Below the pieces are notes generated by a model. It did not search any database. It saw only the letters and a list, made by a program, of their open reading frames with translations, and was not told where the DNA came from. The position numbers were made by a program, and so were the translations under genes. This document shows positions 47,601 through 58,900 of a DNA stretch of 64,000 nucleotides, one piece after another. The stretch lies in NCBI GenBank assembly GCA_036172245.1, contig JAYWIR010000004.1, positions 3,472,001 to 3,536,000 on the forward strand. Direction: 5' to 3'. Each line of letters opens with the position of its first letter. Position 1 is the first letter of the stretch. This DNA is from Raillietiella orientalis. Lineage: Eukaryota.

Positions 47601-50600
47601 ATGCCTCTCGAGAAGATACAAACTGATGCTCAGTTGTGCAAACAATTAAGATAGCAAAGCGAAAGGGTGTTTCCTTGATGCAGATCATGAGCAAAACTCT
47701 TCGAATATATGATCCCAACATTCGGTTGGGTCCAGTGAAATACGGCGCTCTGGAGAGTGCATACAGCGGGGTGATGGATTTCCTCCTGGGAAAAGAACTC
47801 ACAAAGAAGTGACCTCAACAACCAATTTTCCCTGCTACTGTGAATTCGGGAAGGTGTGCTCTCCTTTGAATGAGCGTTTGGTCGAGCGTGCCACCTAATG
47901 TAATAAATATCCCTTAAATTGACTCATGGATTTCGTGGAAGACAGAAAAGCGGAAATGCTGTGAAAATAATATATTCTAAAAGCGAAACAAAATAGGATA
48001 AAAGCTATTAAAAAAATTGAATTATAGCCAGTGATTCTTTATGAAGAAATGCCAATCACAATATTCCAGAATGTTAGTCTTTGTATTGGGAAGTGCTTAT
48101 TTGTACAGGGTATCGCTTGTATACTACGGATTCGCAACTGAATAAATACAACAACCTGACGGTTGTGCTTCCTTCATCGTAATGAAATAGACCCTATTCT
48201 AAAAAAATCTCCCTTGCTGCTTTTTCCTCGATTTCAAGTTTGCCTCAAAAAGGCCCAGAAGTTTGTAGCAGACGAACGGTAAGCGTGTTTTTTTGTTCAC
48301 GAGTAGATGAGAGATGAATTTCATTGAATTAATTGGCTCATTAGCACTATTAACGACAGTCTTACCTTACGTTGAAATCAAGATGTCATCCGAACGGTGG
48401 AAGATCTGGAAGATCCGCCTTTTCGATTACTCCTACATTCCCCAGCCCACTCGAATAGGAGAGACCTGACTACTTTTTTCACGACGTGGAACAGTCACAT
48501 GTCGGATGCAACCTACCCATGCCTGTTTCGGAATTCTGTGTATGAGCTCCCTACATTAAGAAGGGTTACCATCGTAACCCGGTGCTCCGTCTCGGTTTGC
48601 CTGCACGGCAAGATTTTGCGAGGAGAGCTGCAGTTGGAAAGGGAAGTCTTCGACCACCGCGCCAGCCAGTATCCAAGTGTGACTTTTCGACACTGTCTCA
48701 CCCAGATTTGAAACTAGAGCATTCGTACAATATCGCGTAATCATTTACGTGGCCATTACACCGAGCATTCTTGACAACGCAGCACTCGAAAGTTTGAAAG
48801 CTCCAGAAATGGAATTTTATTAGCTAATCAACCTTTCGAATTGTGCCAACCTCCATGTAAAGTTTTTGGATGAGCGTTTGCCCTGGAAAAAAAAAGACCT
48901 GTTGTCCGAAGGAAATCGGAAGGAGGATGCCCCCAGTGTTGCCAGTCGGTCGGTATATGGGACATACTTTTCATCTGCCCTGTCAGAAATAACAGGTGAA
49001 AAAGGGGAGCCAGTAATAGAGGATGAAAGAGAGAGATACAGAATACATTTAGGAATCACGAACGCGCTGTCGAAAATGAGAAAAATCATGCTGTTCGCGA
49101 TAAGTCTATCCAAAGATTTGGGTTTCCGAATAATACTTACGCAGCTGTGCTTCTCAGAACACGGTAAAGAAGATTAGGTCGTTATAGCTACTAGAAACAT
49201 TAATACTCTGTCCTGTTAATGTCAAAATACAGAGATCTTTTGCAGCAGTCACTATGTGTGAATTCTTCTGTGTTCAGTCAAATATCTCCGCATTCATTGG
49301 GATCATTTTTGGCCCGACGGACAAAGAACAATCATCTGATCATCATCTTTGGAATATTAGGAACGTAGAATATCCCTATATTACAAAGTTCCAAAAAGGA
49401 TAGTCTACATACATTTACTTAGTTTCTGGTCAACCATTATTATTGCTTTCAACATCAGTGTTGAAATTTGGTAGCGGATCGGTAGAAACTGGTTGAAAAT
49501 TTGGTATACCGCTCGAAGTTCGAAAGACGTTTCGGCACCAAAGTGCATCACAAAGTGCTTCCCGTCAATGTTTGTATCCTGAATTCATCTTGCCTAAGAA
49601 ATGAAACGAGAACGTCGGAGTCTGTTTCGCGAAAAGGCGGATCGGCATTTTTGTTCCGCAGATTTCTTCTAAGCAAGCAGACAGCAGCTATGTGTCTTTT
49701 GCCTTATGGGGATATGCGTGCCGAAAGTGGCAGACTGCTTTTTGCTACGCGTGAATTTCTTTTGCATGGCCCAATAATTTGTTTCGGGACGAAAGATAAA
49801 GCTCGAACTGCTCCCGGCTTAAGGAACGAACCGGAAAGAAGAAAAGCTTGGACGTAAGCTTCCTTGACTAAGCAGCTCTGCCAAAACATTTAGGAAAAGT
49901 GTGTTTTCGATGAAAACACCTTCATCTGCTGAATGCCTGAGGGTGAAAATGATTGTGAAACACATCATATGTGCCATGGTAGCGATAGCTTTAAGTTCTG
50001 ATTGGAGCCTCTGTCTGGGATTGAAGTCACGACTCAGAATTCAAAATAATGCCCAAACAGTAAAAGGGGCCATTTTCTCAAGGTAGGAATTCATAAATTG
50101 TTTATTTTCTCTCTCTCTCTCTCTCTCTTTAAAGGAAGGATATTTTTTTGCGTTTTCAGGGAAAACCACGTTTGCAAATCGGCTGAACCGCTTCCCCTCA
50201 CTCGCGGAGGAACGTGACTCTCCCTTCGGTAACGGTTTTGGAATGTGATTTAGTCCGATTGATTTCGTCATCCTGGACCAGAAGTTTGCAGAGGACCGTC
50301 TGACGGTCGCACAGCAAGAGCCGCGCGCTGGAGTATGCAAGCGGTTCACGCAAGTCCCTCGTCTCCCCCTCCACCACTCCCGCGTGTCCTCTCTTCCACC
50401 CCACGGGATAGCAGGAGGATAGCCGGGAACGATCGCAGCCGCCGAAATCTCCGTGGTGGACGAGAAGATCCTGGTCACCGATATCTTCGCTTATACGACG
50501 CCATCGACATGCTCTATGCCAAGCAAGCTCCGCATCTCGCTTGGAGTTTGTTGCGAAGAAAAAAAACACACACACACACACACATATACATTTTTCTTGC

Positions 50601-52476
50601 ATATAGTATCTTAGCTGATTGGAAAAATATACATATGTATAAATATATTTTCTTTGCAGTGAACGAACACACAAGAGCAATGGAAGGGAGGAAAGTGATC
50701 AAATAAGAGTGTTAGCTAAATGTTTCGCCAGATTTTTGCTCATACCCGTGGGAAATGTGAAAGATCCCCATGGTGGGAAGTTCTCAAGTCGGGGTTGGCT
50801 TTCTGCGAGTAAATTGCAACCGCTCGGGTAGAAAGTGGATGACGAAACGCTCCCGTGCAGCACGTTGGCAACCAGCAAGCGTTTACGATCTGCGACCTCA
50901 GGTGTTACTCAAGCAGGCATCCATTTTTAGCACTTCGGAAAGCGGAACTGCGTCCGGTCGGTCGCGTTTCTGTCGTGGCTAGCCGTGACGGAGGATGAGC
51001 CCGTAAAACCTTGGAATGGGAGAGGAAGGAGTTCCGTTCTTGCTTACGCATCCCAGACAGAAAACGAGTCTGGGAGGGAAGAGGCAGTGTGCATCCTGCA
51101 TCCGGCAAGTGGAGGAGTCGCCTTGCCGACGTCGAGGGATCTGCAGCCGGTTTGCCGGGCTCGATGTCCCTCAGACATCGTCCTCCAAACCGAGTTGCAT
51201 ACGAGAATGATGGGAGGCGGGGTATGGGGGCGGAAAGGCAAAGCAGTGCCTCCCAGCGTCGTGCCACCGTTGCAGAGGGAGCATCCAGGGAGGGGAACAA
51301 TATGGGAGCCACGGGAGAGCACGCTGCTAGTCGAACCAGTTTTGTCATGGACGCGCCTTCCCTACCTAACAGAGAATTACTTCTCCAGGCAGTTGCTGTG
51401 ACGTAATTTGCGGAGATCGTGCTCTGGTGTGGATCTTGCGATGCAGTTTTTCCTGGATGCTCTCCTTTGTCGTACTTTCCTTGCATAGGTTCAGGAGAGT
51501 GCGGGGTGTCCTCGATGGATACTCCTGACTGCACCGCCGTCACCGTCTGCTGGTCGAAGAATCCCACTGTCCTTCATAACGGTAGCGACGGCTTGAAAAC
51601 GTGGAAAGAAAAAGTTCCTCCTGCCTTCAGGATTTCCCCGCAGGGCAGATTTCTCGACGTTACCACGGTGGTGGGGAGTGCCGCACCCGAGGTAACATCG
51701 AGAAATCCTCTGCGCTCTTTTAGGGCGCCTCTTCTGGACTTTTTGGAGAAAGGGTGGCCAGATCGCGGCGGCTTGGCAAAAGTCAGCAGCCTCGGCCGGT
51801 GAAGGCGATCAGCTCGGCTCGGGCGCATTTTGCACTTCCGTCGAGGAACGTGGAGGAAGGATAAAAGTGGGGGAGCGAGTAGGAAAGAGCTGAGCTGGGT
51901 CCGTCCAGCACCATGGCTTTCCTCCCTCCGAGATGGCGCGAATCTGCTCCGTTTCTCCAGATGTCCTCCCCGAGGCGGTGTGCGTGTCAGCAGCAGTTTT
52001 CGTAGGTCCATCCGGCCCGGGAGCACACGTGAAGGAGTCCTCCGCTCTCGGAGGAAATGCTGGGCGATGGACGCCGACTCCAAGGGAGATGCCCGGTCTG
52101 CGAGCTGCCGTGGTGGCGGGGTGCGTGCTCACCCCATCTCCTCCCTCCTGAAAGACGACGCGACTTTCTGCCGCTCTGGACCTCCTTCCTTTCCTCCTCG
52201 TTACCGAAGGGTTCCATGTGACCGACGTCTGGGCGGGCACGGGACTTTTCATTCTCCAAGGCTGCGGCTCCCCTGCCGCCTCTGGTTGGAGGGGAGGCAG
52301 GAAGGAGGGGAAGCGAGAGAAAGGGTATGCGGCTCAGGAGTGGTAGAGTCGACGGGAAGCAGCTCTTCACCAATCGTGCAACGGCTCCCCTCCCCCGTTT
52401 CCTCTTCCCCGTCCAGGCAAGCCACGTCGCTCCCGTGAAATCGCCCGCCACCCGACAAGGACTTCCCGATGTTCCG

Positions 52477-52482
52477 TTTATT
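52477..52482 (-). terminator. Candidate polyadenylation signal of chitin synthase
   Basis: First AATAAA I see on the minus strand (tttatt on +), about 440 nt after the stop. Confidence 0.35.
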
Positions 52483-52921
52483 CGCTTCAGCAGAACGACA
52501 TCCTGGGACTCCTCTTTCAGAAAGTCGTCGGCGGGTTCTTCTCGCCTCTCGCGATCCACAGCAGCCGGAAGAGCCCAGATTTCGGGAGACTCCGGCTCCG
52601 GGAGGCACGGTTCGAACACTGGGTACCTCCCCGCGCCCGCTCTCCCGAGAAGGGGACGTCGGCAGCTGGAGGCCGTTTCCCGCGCGCCGTCGACGCTTCC
52701 AGACGGATCGGCGCCGTGAGAGTGAAGGAGACGGGATGGGAGGAGGGACTTCACCCGTTTCCACAAGAGCGACCATTTGAGGTCGACCTGGTCTGGTGGG
52801 TAACTTCCGAGGAGCTTCGTAATCGGTCGGTAAGGGAGTGGCGCCACCTACTGGCCGCCGCGGTCACCGAACCCCATGACCCCTCCCCAGGAGCGGGCGA
52901 CTCGGCTTCCGGAAGCGCTCC

Positions 52922-55900
52922 TCAGCGATCCCAGCCCCTCTCTCTGGTCATAGCCTGGAGCCGGAAGCTATTCCTCGAGTCGCTCAGGTCTTCCGCGGAC
53001 TCGTAAGCTGCGTTCCTCACTCCGTTGCTGCTGGTCTTGAAAATGCTCTCCAGCTTGGTCACCGCGTCGCTACTTCCAGGAGGTCTGTGTCTCCCGCCGT
53101 CCGAGAGGGGATTCCGGGAACCCAAGGTCTCCATCCTGGGCTTCTCGTGCCTCAGGTTCATTCCAGTGTCCATCATGGTCAGGGTATCCTGGGAGAAGTT
53201 CGACTTCCGGAAGTTCCCCAGGATGGGAGTTTCCTGGATGGCTGCCAGAGGAATCGAGAGTTGGTCAGGTTTCGGTTGTCAAGAATGCCACCACGTCCCT
53301 CCCCCCTTCTTTCTCAACTTCCCCCTCCTTCTACCTCCGTACTCACTTTGAAATCCTCTTTCCGAGAAGAAGCGCTTCTTGAACGCCACATCAAGCGTAC
53401 CGATGGGTCTCTTCTTTTGCTTTTGCTTCTCCAGATGCTGGATCAGCTTCCGCTCCTCGATCTGCCCTACCGGCATGTTGTCGCTGTCGCTGTCGAGACC
53501 GCGGAGTTTTTGGAAATTCCTAGCCAAGTCGATGGCGTTCCGGTCGATCATAGCATGCTGCGCCATGGCATCGATCTGCTGGTGGAGGAGAACAGGGGTT
53601 GGGCCACCGCGCGCCATCCGCCCGCCACAGGGCGGCAGCAGCGGCGGCGGATTCTCGGTTTTCTTGTCTCTCGTCCGTTCCCCCCGAGCTCTGGTAATAC
53701 CTTCTTGGAGAAGCAGCTGATGTCCGTCGAGGCGAGAATGTGGGAGAGGGTCCCGAACCTGTGAAACAGCATGGCTGTGAACTGGATGAACAGAATGAGG
53801 GCAAAGAAGAAGACGAAGATGAGACCTATGGGTTCCAGATGCAGGTATTCTTTATGGACGAGGACCTGGAGGGGCAGTCGGTGGTGAGAGCAAGTCTCTG
53901 GGACGCTTCCCTCCCATCATTTCACCTTCCACCTTTTCCCCCACGACCCTGATAGCCCCCTTCCGGTTCGTCGTCGTCATCATACCTCGTTGGTAGCCTC
54001 GATGTAGGTCACGTTCACCTTTACCCCCAGAGGCCACTCGACGTGAAGGTTCTCTTTGTTGAGCTGCAGCAGGAAAACGATTAAGATGAACAAGGCGTTG
54101 AACATGAGGAACACGAAGACGGACTTGTTCCGCAGCTCCTTCAGGTTCGTTTCGATCTTCGCCTGCAGCCAAAAAGAAGCAAGAGCGAGGATTGACGGAG
54201 GTAAGGGAGGAGTTATGAAAGGACGTGGAGGCTCACTTGCTGCTCCTTGTTGGCATCTATAGGGTAAAGGTACTTCTCGATCAGATCCTTCCAGAACTGG
54301 ATCTCTGTGCTAGGCAGGTAGTCTACCGGACCTCCCCTGAGGTCTTTGTCCTCGATCCAGAAAGGGTTGATGAGGTCGTCCCGGGTCCGACGGGAGTCTG
54401 GAAGGGAGGAGCGATTGTCACGGTTCAGAGGGAAGGGGGCGAGTGGGGAGGGAGATCTGAAGGGCGAGGGAGGAAGTAGAGGGGGAAGGAGGAGCCAGGG
54501 GATCCGAACTCACCCGTAGCATCGCTCTCGCTCTCCGACGATCTCCGGCCCTCCGAGTCGTCCAGGTCTGCGAAGCCTTCCGCGATCGAAGACATGCCGT
54601 CGCCCTTGACGGAGCCCCGAGGCGTCTTCCTCCTAATGTGCGGGTGTGACTCCATTGCCCTGAAAGGAGAGTGAGTAGGAAGGAGGGGGGGAGCAGTTCC
54701 ACGAGAGAGAGAGAGGGAGTGAGAGAGGGGACATTGGCTCTCCGTTCCGGCTCCACTTCCCTCTTCTCGCGCAGTCTGCTTTCTCGGATCTTCATACCAC
54801 TTTTCCACATGGTTCATCCTCGTTGATATTGACTCGACCATCTCAGCGATCCTCAGCAGCTGCTGGCTGTCCGCCTTGTCCTTCCGGTGCGTGCAGAACA
54901 TGCACCGGAAGAGCCCGGCAAAGGAAAACTCGATGGATCCTTCCTCCTCGACACCACTGAACACTCCGAACAGCTTCTTCTTCGCTTTGGCCTCCTCGGC
55001 TTCCTTCTTCTCCTGCTCGAACTCCTGCGGATACCCCCAACAAGAGACGTCACTCCGTGCGGGACGAAAACCACTTCCCCTTCCTCCCTCTCCATTTCTC
55101 CCCTTCCACTCCCCTTCCCTCAGCTCACCTTCTTGGTCTTCTTGGTCTGCACCTCCCTCGTTCCCCAGGTCACTATGTTCAGATTCACCAGCGAGTAGAT
55201 GATGAGCAGGAGGTACATGGACGGGATGGCGAGGAGGTAGAGTATTCCCGGAACCACGCACCAGAATTCCTGGGGGTGGAGGAGAGCAGCGATGAAGAAG
55301 CTTCCCGACAGCGCGATAAGAAAGATGGCGGAAGGGGATCCCACGCCGTCTTCGCCTAGCTGCAGCGTCGTGCCGACGATGACCGCCATCATGACCAGGG
55401 CATACGCAGTCGACAGTATCTGCGCGATGAGCAGCTGGAAAAGTGGAAACGATGGAGGTAGAGGGAAGGGGAAAGGCCCCGCGAGATCTGCATCTTCCGG
55501 CCAGATGGGGGATCAGTAGCCTCCCTCTAACCTGGATGTCTGGCTTGGCGCAGAAGCAGACGACGATGAAGAACAGGATGGGGATGATGTTGGCGTAGAA
55601 GCTGGTCCAGTTGTCAATGCGGAAAGCAGCCACGAAAGCTCCCAGCAGCATGAGAAAAATGGTCCCTGGCCCCAAGATCGTGCCTATCATCAACATCGAC
55701 TGAGGGAAAAAGAGCCAATAGGGAACCTCCTCGCGTGTGAGAAGGAGAGGGGGAAGTCCTGACACCCCACCTGGTAGATAATGTAAGGGAGAGAAATGTT
55801 GTCGTTGATCTTGATTGTGCTTTTGTAGTCCTGGAGGAGGTCCATGATGTTGGCCATGGTGGACGGCACCCAGCGCCTCCTCTGGTTGTAGAATTCGCAG

Positions 55901-58900
55901 AACCCCTCCGGGCAGTGGGTGTACGCGTCGCTGGCGGCGCAGTACTCCACTCGATATCCCCTTTGCAGAAGGAGGGTGCACAGCCAGCGATCCTCTCCTG
56001 CGGAGAAGAGGGGGAACATTCTTTTCTCCCCGGGACCTCCTGCCTCCGAACGTGGAGGAGGAGGCACCTCTCGGAAAGATCGGACCTACCCTGATCGTAC
56101 TGCACGTAGTGCCTGGCCTCCTCCGACTTGGTCGTGTACTTCCTCATTACGTTGTCGTCCATGAACGCCAGACCTCGGAACAGGGAGAAGCACCCGGGGC
56201 TACACAGCACGCAGCCTATCATGTGCTCCGTTGCCTTCTGGAGCCAGTGACCGATAGCGTACTCGAACTTCTGATACCACACCATGGGACCTGTTCATGG
56301 AAGGAGGAAGGAGTCTTTCTTGTTTCCGCCTCCACAGCTACAGCAACCCGCACACCGAACAACTCACCCGAACCGACAGGATGGATGCGGCCGCAGGCAG
56401 CGCCGAGCTTGTCGTTCTTCTTCATGAGGTCCACGAGGAGCTCCACCGCCTGAGGCTGGAAGTCAATGTCTCCGTCTAGGGTGAGCAAGTACGTGTTCCT
56501 CGCGATGACTTCCTTCCTTTCCGTGGATATGGGAAGTTCCATGAGTCGATGCCCAAGGAGGTAATACATGTACATCACCTGCGGGTGGACGGTCCCGCCC
56601 TCTTTCTCGTCCGATCGTGAGGGAAGGGGAAGGGAAAAAAGAGATGGAGAATGGAAGGGAATCAAAGAGAAAGGAAAGTGGGAGGGATGCGGCGGGTCTC
56701 TCTCTCTCTCTGCCCACCTGGCTCCATCGCTTCCGGTGGCGGATCTTGGATTTGTCTTTCAGGTGGGCGAAGATCTTCGTCTTCCCGGGCAGCGTCCAGA
56801 CCAGCCTTCCACCGTAAGGGGTTGGGTACTTCTTGGGCGGACGAAGCCTCACAGTGGTCTGGTGGACGTGGCTTCCAGCCACGTCGATGACCTTGACCAG
56901 GAGCTTGACGAAGGGGTTGACGCTGTTCTCATTCTCGTTCTCGTCCGACATCTCGAACGCATCGTCGACGAATATGTGGGCTGCCGGGAAAAAACACACG
57001 GATCAGGGATACTAGACCTTTCCCCTATTTCTCTCGCAACCCTACTCCCCCCCTTTCTGTTCCTCCGGTTCCTTGCACCCCTTGTCCTTCAGCGACGAGC
57101 CCTCCTCCTCCTCTTCCCTTCTTACTTACTCTCGAACTCGTAGTAGTTGGTCTCTCCGCTGTTGAAGTATTTGAGGGCAATGCGACGGGCGCTCTGGTCC
57201 TCGTCCATGCGAAAGATGGACTTGAGCATATCGACCATCTCCTCGGAGGTCTCGTGCCACATGGTGGCGCAAGCAAAGATCTTTGGGATGTTGTCAACGG
57301 ACTTGATGGTTTTCCCGACGCTGCCTGCGCACGACTCGGTGACCGATATAGTCTCATAGTACTGAGAGAACTCGTTTTCGTATGGGGACTCCTTCTCAGA
57401 GGCGATCTCCTTCGGAAACGGGAGAGCATTCCGGTAAGTCGATCTTACCCCGTAGTGGCCTCCTCTTCCTCCTCCCCCTACCTCGGATTTCAGCTCCAGC
57501 TCTTCGTCCTTCCGGCGGTTCATGGACAGAGATTGGTCCACGAAGAAGGAGGAATACATGGGGGTCGCGAACAGCTTCTCGGTAGACGCCAGCCTCTCAC
57601 ACTTGGGGGTCCAGATGTGGAAGGTAAACCACGCCTGCGATAGCAGCCACAGCACCCAGATCCACCCGTGCTGGAAAGGGTCAGGGGAGAGGAGAAACTC
57701 GGAGGGGTGGACGAACCCCAGAAGTTCGGAAACGAACCTGGTTGGACAGGAAGTCGGCAAACGAGTTCCCGGGAAGGCAGTCCCAGTACAAGTAGTCAGG
57801 AAGGACATTCTGAAAGAGGCACTCGTTCTCGCTTCGTAGGCCGCAGGCCGCCATCAGGACCGACGCGGTTACGGGCACGACGAGGTTAACGGGGAAAGCG
57901 AAGGAGAATCCTTGGATGCAGATCTTGCAGGCGAACTTCCCGACCACGTAGCAGAGCCATGAGGATAGGATCTGGACGAACAGGACGTAGATCGGAGCGG
58001 ATCCCCACGATCTTATAGGGATGATTTCCGGAAACGGGGTGACGAACTGGGAAGGCAGATCGGGAGGAGGCGGAGTGCTGAGGAAGTGGCGACCTTCCGT
58101 CCTCTGGCAAAGAAATAGAGAGATGAGGAAGATGAGACGAATGGGAAGGAAGGCTTGGCCACAGCCCTGTATGGGGGCAATCTTTACCTCGGTGACGTTG
58201 ATGCGGTGGCTGGAGAACGCCTGCCCGAACTCCGTGAACAGGCGCACCACATCGTCGCCGTTGATCAGCCGGAGGAACACCAGCATCAGTCCGAAGAAAG
58301 AGGCCATTTTCCAGAGGGACACATAGAAGTAAACGGAGTACCTGGTGGACTTGAGTTTCTCCTTGATTTCTCCCAGTTTCCGGACAAAGCCTGCCGGGAA
58401 GCAAAGAAAGGAAGAAGGTTCGGCAACGGAACTTTGGCTCTTCCACACTCTCCACCCACCCCACTTCACTCCCACTCCCCATGCTTCCTCCGAAAGGAAT
58501 GGAAGCGCCTGGGGAGGGAAGGGCGAAAAAGGGGAGCTTATTCCTTCCTACCTGTGGGGGATTCTCTGTCTACGTAGTTTTCCCACCACCCGCATGATGT
58601 GAAGGCGACGCACACGGGAACGAGCCACATCCTGTAGTTCGAGGTTCCCCTCTGGTACGACCACATAAAAAAGCCTGTGGACTGGGCAAGCAGAGCAACC
58701 ACATCCAGGAAGATTCGGATCATGCGCTTGTCTTCCTTGGGCTTCCTGGACAGCATCCCTGGAGCAGCGATCAAGTGAGTTAGCTCAGGAGGAAGAGCTT
58801 CACGGAGAACCGGGGATGGGAGGATGGATTGGAGAGGGAGTGTAAGGTTTCTTGCGGGGAGCATCTAACACTGCGCGAGATCGTCCTTCTTCGCTGTCCC

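Noticed and set aside
48400..50090. Protein-like snippets on both strands (e.g. DTNIDGKHFVMHFG on -)
   Set aside because: Splice phases could not be reconciled and stops intervene; unsupported without transcript data.
54425..55981. 518-aa ORF as an independent gene
   Set aside because: Composite of chitin synthase exons, introns and off-frame exon sequence.
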